Assembly (NCBI RefSeq): GCF_001194135.2
Contig: NC_069001.1
Span: 20,010,559-20,074,558 of the forward strand
Direction: 5' to 3'
Source: Octopus bimaculoides
Lineage: Eukaryota
DNA length: 64,000 bases
The number at the start of each line of letters is the position of its first letter. The stretch's first letter is position 1. Both the position numbers and the translations under genes were made by a program. The notes under the pieces are model-generated. The model worked only from the letters and a program-made list of their open reading frames with translations. It had not been told where the DNA came from and searched no databases. Below are positions 10,930 through 23,620 of the stretch, piece after piece.

Positions 10930-11850
10930 TGATATCACACAACTTATTCACTACTCTCATCATCATCAGCTGCTCAACAGAGTGTGAAGCATGAGAGATA
11001 AAAGTATAAATGATAGTGATGAGAGAAATATGAGATAGTGGAATGAGTGATAGGAGTACTCTGTATTCTAAGACAGATACCAATATTGAGGGTAATAAAG
11101 CAGGGAGTTGACAAAAGTCTATGTGACCTAAAAAATAGAGTGAAGACAGAAGCCTGAGAGAAAGAGAATGAGTATTCTGGCAATGATGGTGACACAGAGT
11201 AGTGATGAGCAGTATAGGAAGGGAGGGTGAAGGTTGAGTGAGCTGGGCATAATTGGTCCAATGTAGCTACTTGCACACAGGTGACAAAATGGGCTAGAAG
11301 GGTTGAGGAATGAAGGTGATAGCATGATGAATGGGAAGTAGATGAATCCTGTACCAGAAAGCTACATATAGGAATAGTGGGGAGAGAGTCAGAATAGGTG
11401 CTGTGGCATTGTGACTGGAAGCAATGTGACGAACAGAAGAAATCCTCTGCTATTCTCACAGTACCGTGAAAATTGAACAGAAGGAGTGACTGAGAGATAA
11501 GAAATAGGTATGAATGAAAGAATGCAGTCTATGGTGAACAGCACACAAGTGGTAAAGGTATAGGTGAGAGAGTGCAGTGTGTGGTGAACCACTGCCATAT
11601 TTAGTCATACTGATAGCATAGTGCAGTGTGATTGATAAGAGGTGGTGGTGGTGAGCGAAAGATGAGTAATAATGACATAGGTGCAGGGAGCACAAACAAG
11701 AGAAATGAAGGTTTAAGCAAATGAGGTCATGGGTAGCAGTGGTATGAGACAAAAGTGATGCAAGAGACGAGTGATATGGATATGAGGGTGAGAGGCTATT
11801 TCAGAGGTCATTGATATAGGCTAGATTGTAGGTAGACATGCTTACATACT
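10930..11850 (-). mobile_element. probable decayed CR1-like LINE segment
   Basis: strong purine skew on + strand like the 3330-3690 fragment; no clear conserved motif recovered. Confidence 0.35.
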
Positions 11851-11924
11851 AGCACACTTGTTCAAACATATGTCTAACTTGTTTGTATATATACAAGCAG
11901 ATATAATTTTAATGCCCATTCTGT

Positions 11925-13380
11925 CATGTCTGAGCAGGCGGCAAGTTCTTCTCTCACACAGCATACTATCCATCAACGTAGTCCTTTGACATCTCCTTCA
12001 TGAGGCATAACAGCTTCAGATCTGACTTCACCACTTGGTCTCAAATCATCTTCAGTCTCCTGCCACAGGTTTCATCCCTATGAACAAGTAGCACATTTTT
12101 ATACACCTGTCCTCCTCTATACACCACATGTGCTAATACCAACACAGTCTTTTCTCGTGCTTGCTCATTTGTTCATGCACACTAGTATTACACATCTGAT
12201 GGAGCATGCTTGCTTCATTTCTTGTGAGCTGTTGTAGATTCCCTTTGTTCAAGGCCCACACCCCACTATTATGCAGCATTGCATTTTACACAGAAGCTTC
12301 ATACAATTTACATTTCAGTCTGAAGAGGAAGCCCTTTGTTGCTGGCAGAGATAATAGCTCCCTGAACTTTCTCCAACTAATTTTTACTTTGGATACTATG
12401 CTCTTAGAACACCCACCCTAAGTAACAAGTTATAAACTACTTGTAGACAGCTGTCTAGATAATGGATTGAATCTATATCACAAGTATTCTTAGTACTTAT
12501 TTCTTCTGAGCACGTGCTGCATATGAAGCTTACATTGTCTGTTAGACTACCTGTGATTCCACTACATCTCTTGTGTATCCATATTTTTCACCAAGTACAC
12601 TATGGAATTCCTTCTTACCCATTTTCTAAATGTCAAGCAAGGCTATTTTCTGTATGGAAACAGGACCCTGTCTTCTTTGCTATCTTAGTCTTTGCAAAAG
12701 TTCACCTTAAGGTCCTTTGATTCTCGGTTTTGTCTCCATATCTGAAATTTCTTTTCTAACTCTATTACTGATTGATCTATAAGAGCTAGGTCATCAGCAC
12801 ATAGGAGCTCCCGCAGGCAGCTGGTTTTAAACTCCTCTGATATGTTCTGGAGGACTATAAGGAACAGAAGGAAGCTGAGGACTGATCCCTTGTGTACTCC
12901 TAGATTCATATTGAATTCATTGCAATACTTATCCATAATCCTCACCTTCCTAATTTTACCTTAGTATGTAGCTTGGACTGTTCTCGCCTGTTGTTCATCC
13001 ACTCTATGCTTCCTTACTTAATGACCACCAGACCATGGAGCAGGGAGCTCTCTCAAAGGCTTTCTTTTGGTCAACAAAAGCTAGTTATAGGGGATTATTC
13101 CTTGTTAGATACTTCTCCTGTAGTTGTTTCCCTAGAAAATGGCATTTTCCTGGCACGAAACCAAACTGCATAGTGTCTTTGTTAACTCTCCTCACCAATC
13201 AGTTGTGCTTTAATTATTTTGGCAACCTTTGTAACCTGGTTTATTACCTTTGTAGTTTCCTCTCTCTGTTGAATGTCTTTGTAGCTGTAGATGATGATAC
13301 TGTGCCAGTTATCTTTGCCTGTTCTGGCACTGTCAATCTATATATCGCTGGTGGGGAGATGAATTGCTGCTGTCTCTAGA
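11925..13380 (-). mobile_element. RTE-clade LINE, RT domain to 3' end, decayed
   Basis: ORF 12685-12945: LGVHKGSVLSFLLFLIVLQ...ELLCADDLALI (RT motifs GVxQG and YADD-like); DLEKAFDR region near 13040. Confidence 0.9.
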
Positions 13381-14837
13381 GGTCAATTGTCCATCATTGA
13401 CAAGACCAAACCAGGTCGAAATCACATGATCTGGTGGTCTTGGTGCTGGAGGTAGTGGGGGTTTATTTCCCCTTCTAGCAATATAAACAAGAGTGCATGT
13501 TGCACCAAAAGCCAATATGAAAGTTGCTCTCACAGTATCTACTGCAGTATAGTTTGTTCTAATAGAACATCCACTTTTAAGTGGGGATAAATATTATCTC
13601 TCTGTCAGTTATGGGTATGACACCCTCCTGTACCACTTGATCCATATCCACTATTTGATATTTTAAGAATTTCAGCAGTGATTCTTGATGGGGTACTATT
13701 TTATGACCTTCATAGCCTGTTATCTCAGCATCTATCCTTTATATGACTTACTGTTTTATAAACTTTAATTTCTTGAATAGTCTTACTGAAAGTGACACTG
13801 GCACCTAAGTTAATTAAACCTTTTATAGTTGCACTACTACGCCTTTTTCTTTTCAGTATCATTGAGAGAAAATTTACCCATGTTCTATACCCATCCCAAG
13901 TGACAATCTCATTCTTCTAAATTATCCAGCTTATCTCATTGCTTAGAGTAAACCCTTTGAGCTAGATATATCTTTCCATCTGGCTTCTTAGTACTACACC
14001 TTGTGATCTTTTTTTTTTTTCAGTTCTTACAAAGTTACCATTCGTATTATTCTACTCTCATGTTAACCAATACCTAACTGAGGCTCTGTTCCATCAACAG
14101 AATCTATTTGTGGCTTGCAGCAGTTTGCTATTGCCTCTTAATAACCCCCGACTGTTGACTCTATTTTGATAAGCATCATACGGTTCTGTTTAAAAATTTT
14201 ATGTAATGGAAATCTTAACTTCTATACTTCCTTCTTCAGTCCTTTACTTTTGAGTTGCTTAACTACTAACCTATGCTAAGCGGTGTGTTCTTCACCAGGC
14301 AATAATTTGGTCCTGCATTTTTAAAGCATACATCATTTTCTTGATAAGTACAAATCCAATCTGGTTCATTCTGAAGTTTATTTCATTACCACCTTACTGA
14401 GAACCCAGTAGAGATGATGTATATAGTCTACATGTCTGCTATAGTGGAAATACAGTATGACAGGTTAATTATATTTTAATCATCAGTTAATGGAAAAGAA
14501 TAGTTGCAGGTATGGTACATACATAGCTGTATGCTTAAAAAGTTGAAAAGCCTTGTGAGGGGATTTGGTAGATGGCGACAAAAAGAAGTTCATTGTGTGT
14601 ATAATGTGTGTGGTGCATGTGTGTGTGTCCCCCTGTCCTTATCTTGACATCACTTACCAGTAATAAGTGAACCTCATCATCATCATACAAGTGATGTCAT
14701 TTCTTAAGAATTTTAGTTCTTAATGTATGCTTTGTGTTGTTTTTATATGACATTTTACAAAACTGTTAAATGACTTTATAATATAGAACTTTATATTTTC
14801 CTGTTCATTTCTTTTATTTTTCCCTTGTTAACCGCAG

Positions 14838-14879
14838 GATCAAATATAAGTGCAAGGAATAGATATTTAGCAGGTAATG
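14838..14879 (+). CDS. 42-nt internal mini-exon (phase 1-1) of the same gene
   Basis: ttttattttttcccttgttaaccgcAG acceptor; (G)SNISARNRYLAGN(G); donor G|GTAAGT; in frame with exons 10308 and 25192. Confidence 0.75.
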
Positions 14880-14970
14880 GTAAGTATATAAATTTGACAT
14901 CTATTTTCCTTCCAATTCAGATTATTATCCTTATTATTTTTAATGTTGTAATAGTTGTTTTGGTGTTGTA

Positions 14971-15560
<590 letters not shown>

Positions 15561-15605
15561 CTCGACTAACATTTCACTGTGTATTATTATGATTATTATT
15601 ATTAA

Positions 15606-15822
15606 GGTGGTGAGCTGGCCGAATCATTAGCACACTGGGCAAAATGCTTAGTGGCATTTTATCTGTCTTTATGCTTTGAGTTCAAATTCGGCTAAGGTTG
15701 ACTTTGCCTTTCATTCTTTCAAGGTCGATAACATAAGTACCAGTGAAACACTGGGGTCGATATAATTGACTAGGTCCCCTCACCCAAAATTTCAGGCCTT
15801 GTGCCTTTAGCAGAAAGGATTA

Positions 15823-15855
<33 letters not shown>

Positions 15856-16812
15856 GCTATATATTAGCAGTGATGTTTTCTTGAGGTTTGATATACAACA
15901 AATCTTTTCAAATCTTAACAATCTTTCTTAGGATTCTTGCAGAATACAGGATTGCACATTTCTGCAGGTTGGCAGTATGAGTCTCAATTCCAGTATCCTT
16001 CAGTGTTTTAGGTAGCATTTTTGGTTTTCTGTCAAGTGCACCAATCACCACTGAAATAATTGTCATCTTCCACAATCTCTCCACCTCTCTGGCTTGGTCC
16101 TGATTTTTCACAATTATTTTTACTTTATCCGCTCTATTATCATATGATACATTCGGTATTGTTATTATTGTTTAGATGGTGAGCTGGCAGAATCATTAGC
16201 ACACTGGGTAAAATGTTTAGTAGCATTTCATCTGTCTTTGTGTTCTTGAGTTCAAATTCCGCCAAGGTCGACTTTGTCTTTCATCCTTTCAGGATCAATA
16301 AGTACCAGGTACACACTGGGGTTGATGTAATCAACTAGGTCCCTTCCCTAAAATTTCAGGCCTTGTGCTTATAGTAGAAAGGATTATTATTAAGGTGGCG
16401 AGTAGCTTTTCATCCATTTTCATGTTCTGAGTTCAAATTCTACCGAAGTCAACTTTGCCTTTCATCCTTTTGAGGTCAGTGAAATAAGTACCAGCTGAGC
16501 ACTGGGGTCAATATAGTTGACTTACTCCTCCCTCTAAATCTCCAAAACTGCTAACCTTGTGCCAAAATTTGAAACCATTATTATTATTATTATTAAGGTG
16601 GTAAGCTAGCAGGATTGTCAGCATGCCAGACAAAATGCTTGCAGCATTTCATTCATCTTTAAGTTCTGAGATTAAATTCTGTCAAGATTGATTTTGTCTT
16701 TCATCCTTTTGGGGTCGATAGAATAAATATCAGTTGAGTACTGGAATTTGTGCAATTACCCAGCCCTCTCCCCTAAAATTTCTGGCCTTAAGCCTATAGT
16801 AGAAGGGATTAT
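15606..16812 (+). mobile_element. cluster of four same-orientation family B SINEs (15606, 16175, 16394, 16597), each with a (TTA)n tail
   Basis: repeated ggtggtgagctggc.gaatcattagc...gagttcaaattc...ctttcatcctt...aagtaccag...gcc(t)tgtgc units. Confidence 0.9.
15855..16160 (-). mobile_element. second R4/Dong-like 3' fragment
   Basis: ORF 15908-16111: REVERLWKMTIISVVIGALD...LQKCAILYSARILRKIVKI; same 3' UTR (aaacctcaaga) as 15086; abuts the TTA tail of the SINE at 15606. Confidence 0.8.
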
Positions 16813-17944
16813 TATTGTTCACTAATATTAAATAATATAATTTGAAAAATAATTATGTTTTAAAAAATAGATATATTTCATTTATGATCTATTATAATAT
16901 CCACATATTAAACATTCAGTTTGTTTGACTTTTTCTATAGCAATATACAGATCCTTCCATATCACAAATAAATAAAGTTAAAAGCATATGCACAATGACA
17001 TAGACACATACAGAAGTGGGTACGTGCACACACATTTGTGGATGTGTTTTTGTACATATTTGTAGATAGAGAGACACACATGGAAACTTCCACATATACA
17101 TTCTGACATTTTAGACATGCACACACATATGGTCATAAATGTGGCTGTGTGGCTAAGAAATTTATTGTACAACCACATAGTTTCAAATTCAGTCCAACTC
17201 TATGGTGCTTTAGGCAAGAGTTTGTGCGTATGTGTGTGTGCATACACAGGAGATAGCATATTAAATTGTGAAACACTGAACAAAAATATTTTGTTGTATA
17301 ATATCTCAGGGTCAGTAAAACTCTTGAGGGTGATGCTAAGCATCATTGCAGGTCAATGATTAAAACATGTAAGAAACACATTTGTACAATCACTAAAGAA
17401 AAAAAAGTGTTCAAATTTACAAAACTAATGAAAACAAGTTTACATTATATTGATCTGATATTGGTACTAGAGCGCAATTTTGAGGAATAATACAATATAT
17501 TAAATTGACCCAGTATTTGAATGGTACTTATTTGATTGATCCATGAATAGTAGTAATATTGGGGCATGCAATGTAACAGCACATCACTGCATTCGCCATT
17601 TGTTGGTGATTGCCTACTCCTGGCAATTGATACTTTTGCACCACTCAGGTGACAACCCTCCAATCCTGTTTGGTTAGTCATTGCTGGAGAGGTTTTATGA
17701 GGTTGGCATGCAAATTCTACCATGGCCTCTATTATTTGCCTTTTATGATACTTTTATGGCAGAGGATATGTTTGACATGATGGCCTCCACAGAGCACAAG
17801 AATGATAAAGCATAAATCTTACATACATATCCTCCAGTTCAAAACAATGTCAGCAAGTGGCTATACTTTATGACCAGTAAAAGATGAGCTGGGTGACAGA
17901 ACCAAATGAAATATACCCTGAAAACTGCAGTGTATAATAATAAT

Positions 17945-18070
17945 ATTCAGCATCATTAAACATCCATTTTCTATGGCAGCATGGGTTGGATAGTTTGATA
18001 GGATCTGATGAGCCACAGAGCAGTGTCGGGCCATAACATCAGCTCTGGTTTGGTTTTATGGCTTTTTTTG
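17945..18070 (-). mobile_element. RTE LINE 3' tail fragment
   Basis: catcattaaacatccattttctatggcagcatgggttggatagtttga, similar to 59483-59540. Confidence 0.6.
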
Positions 18071-18255
18071 TGACACTGGCCCCAGTGCAGTTGCAAGTAA
18101 CTTGCAAGACAAAGTGACGAAAGAAAAAGAAAAAAAAAGCTCTTGACAAAGCAGGGGTGGGTGGGGTTGGGGTCGTGACTTTATGTCAGATGTTGAAAGC
18201 TAAAGTATGATAGAGGGACAAACACAAGTATCTTGTTATGGAAGAGATACATGCC

Positions 18256-18456
18256 TGTTATATGGACTGTTAGATATGTAATTCGTCTGACGTTCCGTGT
18301 GTCATGTGGTTCGTCTGAGTTCATTGTTTCATTGTTGTTGTCTTGTGGGACTGTCGTAGTAAAATGTCATTGATATATATATGGCGGACATGACTTTTGT
18401 TTATTCATAACGAACATTGGGTGAGTGCGTTCTTTGTATGTAATTGAACAATAACA
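18256..18456. mobile_element. solo LTR (201 bp), TG...CA ends, 5-bp TSD
   Basis: ATGCC|TGTTAT...ATAACA|ATGCC (TSD 18251-18255 and 18457-18461); 6-bp terminal inverted repeat; CpG-rich. Confidence 0.8.
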
Positions 18457-18799
18457 ATGCCTACCCCACGTTATGTGAGGGTGGATGAGAGTAGCTGGAA
18501 GGGATATAAAGATGGTAGTGATAGGGAGTCAGAGCATAATGTCAAGTTTCAAGAAGGTGAGTATAAGGAAGAATGTAGTCTATGGATTAGGAGGAGAGTG
18601 ATATGTGGAGAGTTACTGGGCTAGAGGTGGATGTAGTGAGGCACAAGGTCAGAAATTTGGTGGGGGTAGGGGTGAATCAATTAAAACAACCCAAGTACTT
18701 GATTGGAACTTTATTTTACTCCTGGAGAGAGGAAGGGCAAGGTTAAACTCAGTAGGTTTTGAACTTGGAGCACAGGGAGTTGGGACAAATATTGATTTC

Positions 18800-19009
18800 A
18801 AATTTTTTGACACAAGGCCCTCAAGTCAGTGCGAAGGAGTAAGTTGATTACATTGACTGTGGTGCTCAACTGGTACTTATTTTATCAACCCCCAAAAGGA
18901 TGAAAGGTAAAGTTGACCTCGGTAGATTTTGAACTCAGAATGTAAAGACGGTTGAAATGCTGCTAAGCCTTTTGCTTGGGTAGCTAACAATTCTACCAAC
19001 TCACTGCCT
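18800..19009 (-). mobile_element. SINE family B
   Basis: ctggtacttattttatcaacccccaaaaggatgaaaggtaaagttgacctcggtagattttgaactcagaa. Confidence 0.85.
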
Positions 19010-19089
19010 TGAATTGGGACAAACATTGCAAGGCTTTAACCTGCCTCACTTAGTTTTACCACCTTTGTAGTGCAAAATAATACAAAAGT

Positions 19090-20100
19090 TTATTGTGACT
19101 GTACCCTTCTGTGAGTGAAGAAATACTCTTGACCTATCCTCAGTGAGGCAGAATGCTCTAAGGTGGTCCGTTGCCATAGATATATATTTTGGGGTTTTCT
19201 GCCCTCTTCAATCACCTGTATCTGTTTACTCCCTCTGAAATGGAAGAAGCCTGGGATGCCAGGCTTGTCTTCCATAGCAGCTAAAATCTGGAACTCTATT
19301 GACTTTATATTTCTATTCTGCTGGGAGCTAGACCTCTCTGTGCTCCTTGAGCATGGTCATGACTTGTTTTGATACCCTTATATATAGATATGAAAAGAAA
19401 CTGTTGGGTTGTGCAGGTTGGTGTAACCATCCTACAGCTTCCTCTTTATTGTTGTAGATAGCTACCACTGTCCCCCTGTTGCTTTCTTCTGTTATGTACA
19501 CTACAGAAGGCCACACCTCTTCCAGACATTTCTCAATTTCTGTTGAGGATAGATTATTGTGGCTTTTTCCTTGTGCAATTGATGCACTTGTAAATAATGG
19601 TTCTGTTTTATTGAACCAAAATTCCTCTTCTGAGAGCAATACCACTCCAAGATGGTTGATATTGTTCTCATGTTTTTTAATTCTATCAGCTTTTCCTTTG
19701 AGAGAATGCAAAGTGCATTGGTCTGTAACATGTTTTTTTTTCCTTTATGGATTTGTCATCATTACTGTTGTTGAGGCTGTCCTTGTTATGTTGCTGTTGT
19801 TTTTCTTCTTATAGTTTTTGTGATGATAATGATGATAGTGGTGGTGGCAGATGCTGCTGTTGTTGTTTATGTTACTGTTGCTGTTACTACTGTTGGCACC
19901 ATTTTTGTTGAAGCTTATGTTGTTGGTTTTGTTACTGTTATTCTTTTTGTATTCTTTTCTACTTTTAATGGAAGCAGTTCAGCATCACATTGAACACTCT
20001 TTGGTGATCTATGATTGCTGAGTTCATCCAAGCATGAGGTGAGAAGAGAATCAATACATTTTCTCCAATGACTTCTTCCCCATTTAATCATGTGCAGGCC
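19090..20100 (-). mobile_element. decayed LINE ORF1-like sequence (RRM-like region plus CCHC-knuckle remnant), L1/Tx1-like
   Basis: ORF 19328-19711 ...IEKCLEEVWPSVVYITEESNRGTVVAIYNNKEEAV; frameshifted IQVIEEGRKP...YIxG..DHLRAFC resembles a CX2CX4HX4C knuckle. Confidence 0.5.
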
Positions 20101-20239
20101 ATCTTGTTCAAAAAAAAATACAGAAAATTATATAATCGAAAATTTTCTGGAACAGGCAAACACCTGTTGTATGTTTTCTATGAAAACCTAGCAAAAGAAA
20201 GGCAAATTTAGGAAATGATTTTTGATTCAGGCACAAAGC

Positions 20240-20415
20240 CTACAATTTTAAGAGGTGAGGGTTAGTTGATACTTTTGATCACAGTACTTGACTGGTACAG
20301 TATTTTATTGACCCTGAAAAGTAAAATGGAGCTCAGATGGATTTGAAATCAAATCATAAATTGGCTGTACTAAATCTCACTAGGCATTTTGACCAACACT
20401 CTAGTGATTCTGCCA
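20240..20415 (-). mobile_element. SINE family B, diverged
   Basis: gactggtacagtattttattgaccctgaaaagtaaaatggagctcagatggatttgaa...gattctgcca. Confidence 0.65.
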
Positions 20416-20567
20416 ATAACAATAATAGTAATGATAATAATCTATGAAGATTGGTGTAACTCTTCATGAAGATAAATACACAATTAAAAGAGTGTGATAT
20501 ATTGTAAAACACTGATTGACTTTGTTTATTGAACTGAACAATATTTCAACATTATGTCTGTCTCCTT

Positions 20568-21158
20568 AAGAATAGTGAAAAATACATAGAAATGCAGAGA
20601 CTATCCAGTATTCTTCTCAACAAAAAAAAAAGTCATCCTGTTTGTCTTGTNNNNNNNNNNAAAAAAAAAAAAAAAAAAAAAAAGAGAGAACTTTTACTCA
20701 AAACATTTTGTATAAATCTGATAGAACTCTCTTGTTATTTTGTTCATTGCTCCAGTGTAGGATGCTTCTAACTTACAAACACTTTGACAGAACTTGCCGA
20801 GCATTTTACGACAAACAGCTGTAACTTTGATGAGCACTCACTCAGAAAATATTCTGACACCATTGAATTTTCAGTTGTCAAAACACATGAAGATAAATAT
20901 AATTGAGAGTTACTAACATCCTACTCTGGAAGGATGGACAGAATGACAGGAGAGGTCCATCAAATTTATACAAAACTTTTTTACTAAGAGTTCTCTTCTC
21001 TTTTTTCTTTTCCTTCTTGTTTGAACCAGTTATGAACAAGTGAAACTTGATAACTTTTCTCTCTTTTTTTTTTTTTGTCTTGGAAGCAATGTGGGACATC
21101 TCAGTTAATTGTTTGAATTTCTGCATTCCTGTGTATTTTTAATTTTTCATTATTCTTG
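20568..21158. repeat. large imperfect inverted repeat (foldback), contains a 10-N gap
   Basis: 20683-20778 is the reverse complement of ~20902-21000 (gagaac...ttttgtataaat.tgat.ga.ctctc.tgt.att.tgt.cat...ccag.gtaggatg); similarity continues outward to aagaat.gtgaaaaat...aatgcaga. Confidence 0.75.
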
Positions 21159-21442
21159 TCTTATCTTGAACCTGAAGAAGACAGACATATTGTTGAAATA
21201 TTGTTCAGTTCAATAAACAAAATCAGTCAGTGTTTTATTACATATCACACTCTTAAAAATTGTGTCGTAGTAGTAGTAGTAGTAGTAGTAATAATAATAG
21301 TAATGATAATAATAGTAATGATAATAATAATAATAATAATATAGTACGATAATATTAGTTGAAAAAATTTATATTTTTGCACTTTTTTCTATATTTTGCT
21401 TATTTTTTTAATTGTTAGCATTCACACATCTCTTTTATTTAA

Positions 21443-21638
21443 CCCCTTTGCTACCGATCTCCCTCACACTACATCTGGCTCTATGATACAAACTTCCTGT
21501 TTCCAAGTTCTATTAAAATTTCACATTCATTTATGTTCTAAACACCAGCCATTAAGTTATTTTACTAAATTTTTCATTGTTTTTAAAATTATTTAAAACA
21601 AATCAGTATATTTTGACAAAAATGTTGTAACAAAGGGG
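21443..21638. mobile_element. TTAA-flanked piggyBac-like MITE
   Basis: TTAA|cccctttgctac ... gtaacaaagggg|TTAA; internal similarity to 9283-9508. Confidence 0.85.
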
Positions 21639-23199
21639 TTAATATATTGTCATCTGTTACTTTCATTGAATTCATATTCTTCTTTTTGCTCCAATAAACT
21701 CCAAGACTTTTTAAAAAGCTTACCTTATCTATAACATTCCTTAGCATACACACATATAAACACACATGCAAAATGTCATTCTAGTCTGCTAAGATTCTTT
21801 TTTTTAACATTCCAAAGAGTAAAACCATCTTTCTGGTGTTATATGGCTGCTAACCAGGCTTTATAAATCTTCAGACTATGTTTTACATATGTTCAATTTA
21901 CTCAATTGCAACATAATTTTCTTTTCATATCTTTTACAAACATACACTGGAACTAAGTCACACATACACTCTTTTTGGCACAAAATTTTGGTTTTGTATC
22001 TACTGGTGTCTGTATATTCTGTTGTTGCAGACAATATATCTGAAAGCCCTATTTTAGTGGGATATGAACAATCATGCACATTCATATCGCTATAAATATA
22101 TATTTGTATGTGTATGTGTCTTAAGTTTGTAATCTCCAGTCCTGGAAGAATGGGCTGGAGTCCCATGGCATTGAGGAGCAAAACAAAGATCAAAATGTTA
22201 GGCACAAGTAGAGAGCACAAAATTCTAGTTCCATCTGGTGAGTAGCCTTGAGGCTGGAGTTAGAAACAAGAAAATATTCAAGGATATTTGTAGAGTTAAT
22301 CTGTTGGTAATAAATCTAAGTCAGTGCAGAGACCAACTAGCGAAAGGCAGTTTGGACTGGCAAATACTTTGGATTTTATGCCAGCGAAAGAACAAAAAGT
22401 TGTTTTTCTAATAGTCTTATAGTCAGCCTTGATTTAACAGACCTGTGCCATATGAATAACCAGTTGAAAGCCTAGATGTGATTACTGGAGTTAGTGCTCC
22501 TTATTGCCTGTGCTTGATTGGGACCTTCATTGCACATTTTGACTTGCAATTGTAAGCTGTAGCTTCTTTGTTAGCCAAATGACACCTGTGAGTATTCTGT
22601 TTGTTGTCATCAGTTTGCTTTTTTCACTGTGTCTTCTACATGTGCCAGGTGTTGTGTACAATTCTTAGTATTTTTGCCTACTGAGCTTGTGATATCTTTA
22701 CGTTGTTGATCATCATTATATTTGATGTTTCTAGTGGTCCTGGTAATACAATAGGTTTAGTCTCTGGTCATCTCTGATTGAGTAGGCTTACAATATGCCC
22801 CTTTCTTTTAAGATGACAGTGTTTGGGTTGAGGAAGATTTGGTTGCTAGTTCAAGTTGGTTCACTGATATGGAGTTAGAAGTTTTGCTGACATCAATAGG
22901 TAGTTAAAATAGTGTGTCAGGATTTTGTTGTTCTTTATGCTCAGCAAGAAATTTTTGTGCAGTATTCATGAGTTGTGTTGTGGATGAGTACAGAAATTTA
23001 AAAAAGGAAAAAAACAATTTGACAGGTCTATTTGAAGCAAATTTAGCTAAGAGTATTCAACTAAATTTGACAATTTGTTTAAAAGGAAAAGAAAACAAGG
23101 TCTCATCCAAAAATAAAGTACTTTAAAAATATTTTTAAAAATCAACTAGATTATGCCTGGGATATTACTGGTGAAATCCTAGAACTTCTCCAACAATCA

Positions 23200-23620
23200 C
23201 TTCAGATGCTTTCGTGCTGCTACACATATGACCTTCCAGCAGTAACCCTCTCCAGCTAGGGTTTGACCACAGTCTCCAGCAGCTTCACATACATATCTGA
23301 ATTGAATCTTAAGGCACTATTCAAAGATGTGGGATGGCATGATGTCACCATCACTGGAGACAGACTCAGTTTGAGGTAGCTTGGTGGCCAAAATCAAGGA
23401 GGTGTTCAAAGATCTTTTCAGGGACATAACAAGGAATGTCTCAGAGCCTTTACAGTGTTCACAGAGCATTGAGCAGCAGTCATGATGCCAGTATTTTGGC
23501 ACCTGGTATAAATCATCATGATACTGGCAACTCTTTTCCAATATTCAAAAGGCTTCCTGTGCTCTGTGTCAGTTAACTTTTTCTCAACAGCTGTAATCTT
23601 TATGCTCTCCAACACCATTG
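23200..23620 (-). mobile_element. rearranged maT (DD37D)-like Tc1/mariner remnant
   Basis: minus strand SVSSDGDIMPSHIFE...YVKLLETVVKP..ERVTAGRSYV and N-terminal IMTAAQCSVNTVKA; plus-strand LVAKIKEVFKDL island at ~23380-23440. Confidence 0.65.

Noticed and set aside
13560-14420. Possible decayed coding sequence (also 5840-6360, 22250-22900 and 40780-41060)
   Set aside because: Looks repeat-derived, but no motif could be recognised with enough confidence to name it.
15606-16812. Regularly repeated ~200-bp units as a CRISPR-like array
   Set aside because: Eukaryotic SINE copies with Pol III boxes; no short identical repeat/unique spacer structure and no cas genes.
22140-22237. Candidate exon with CAG acceptor and strong G|GTGAGT donor
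   Set aside because: 98 nt; the phase-1 frame hits TGA, and only an incompatible phase-2 frame is open.
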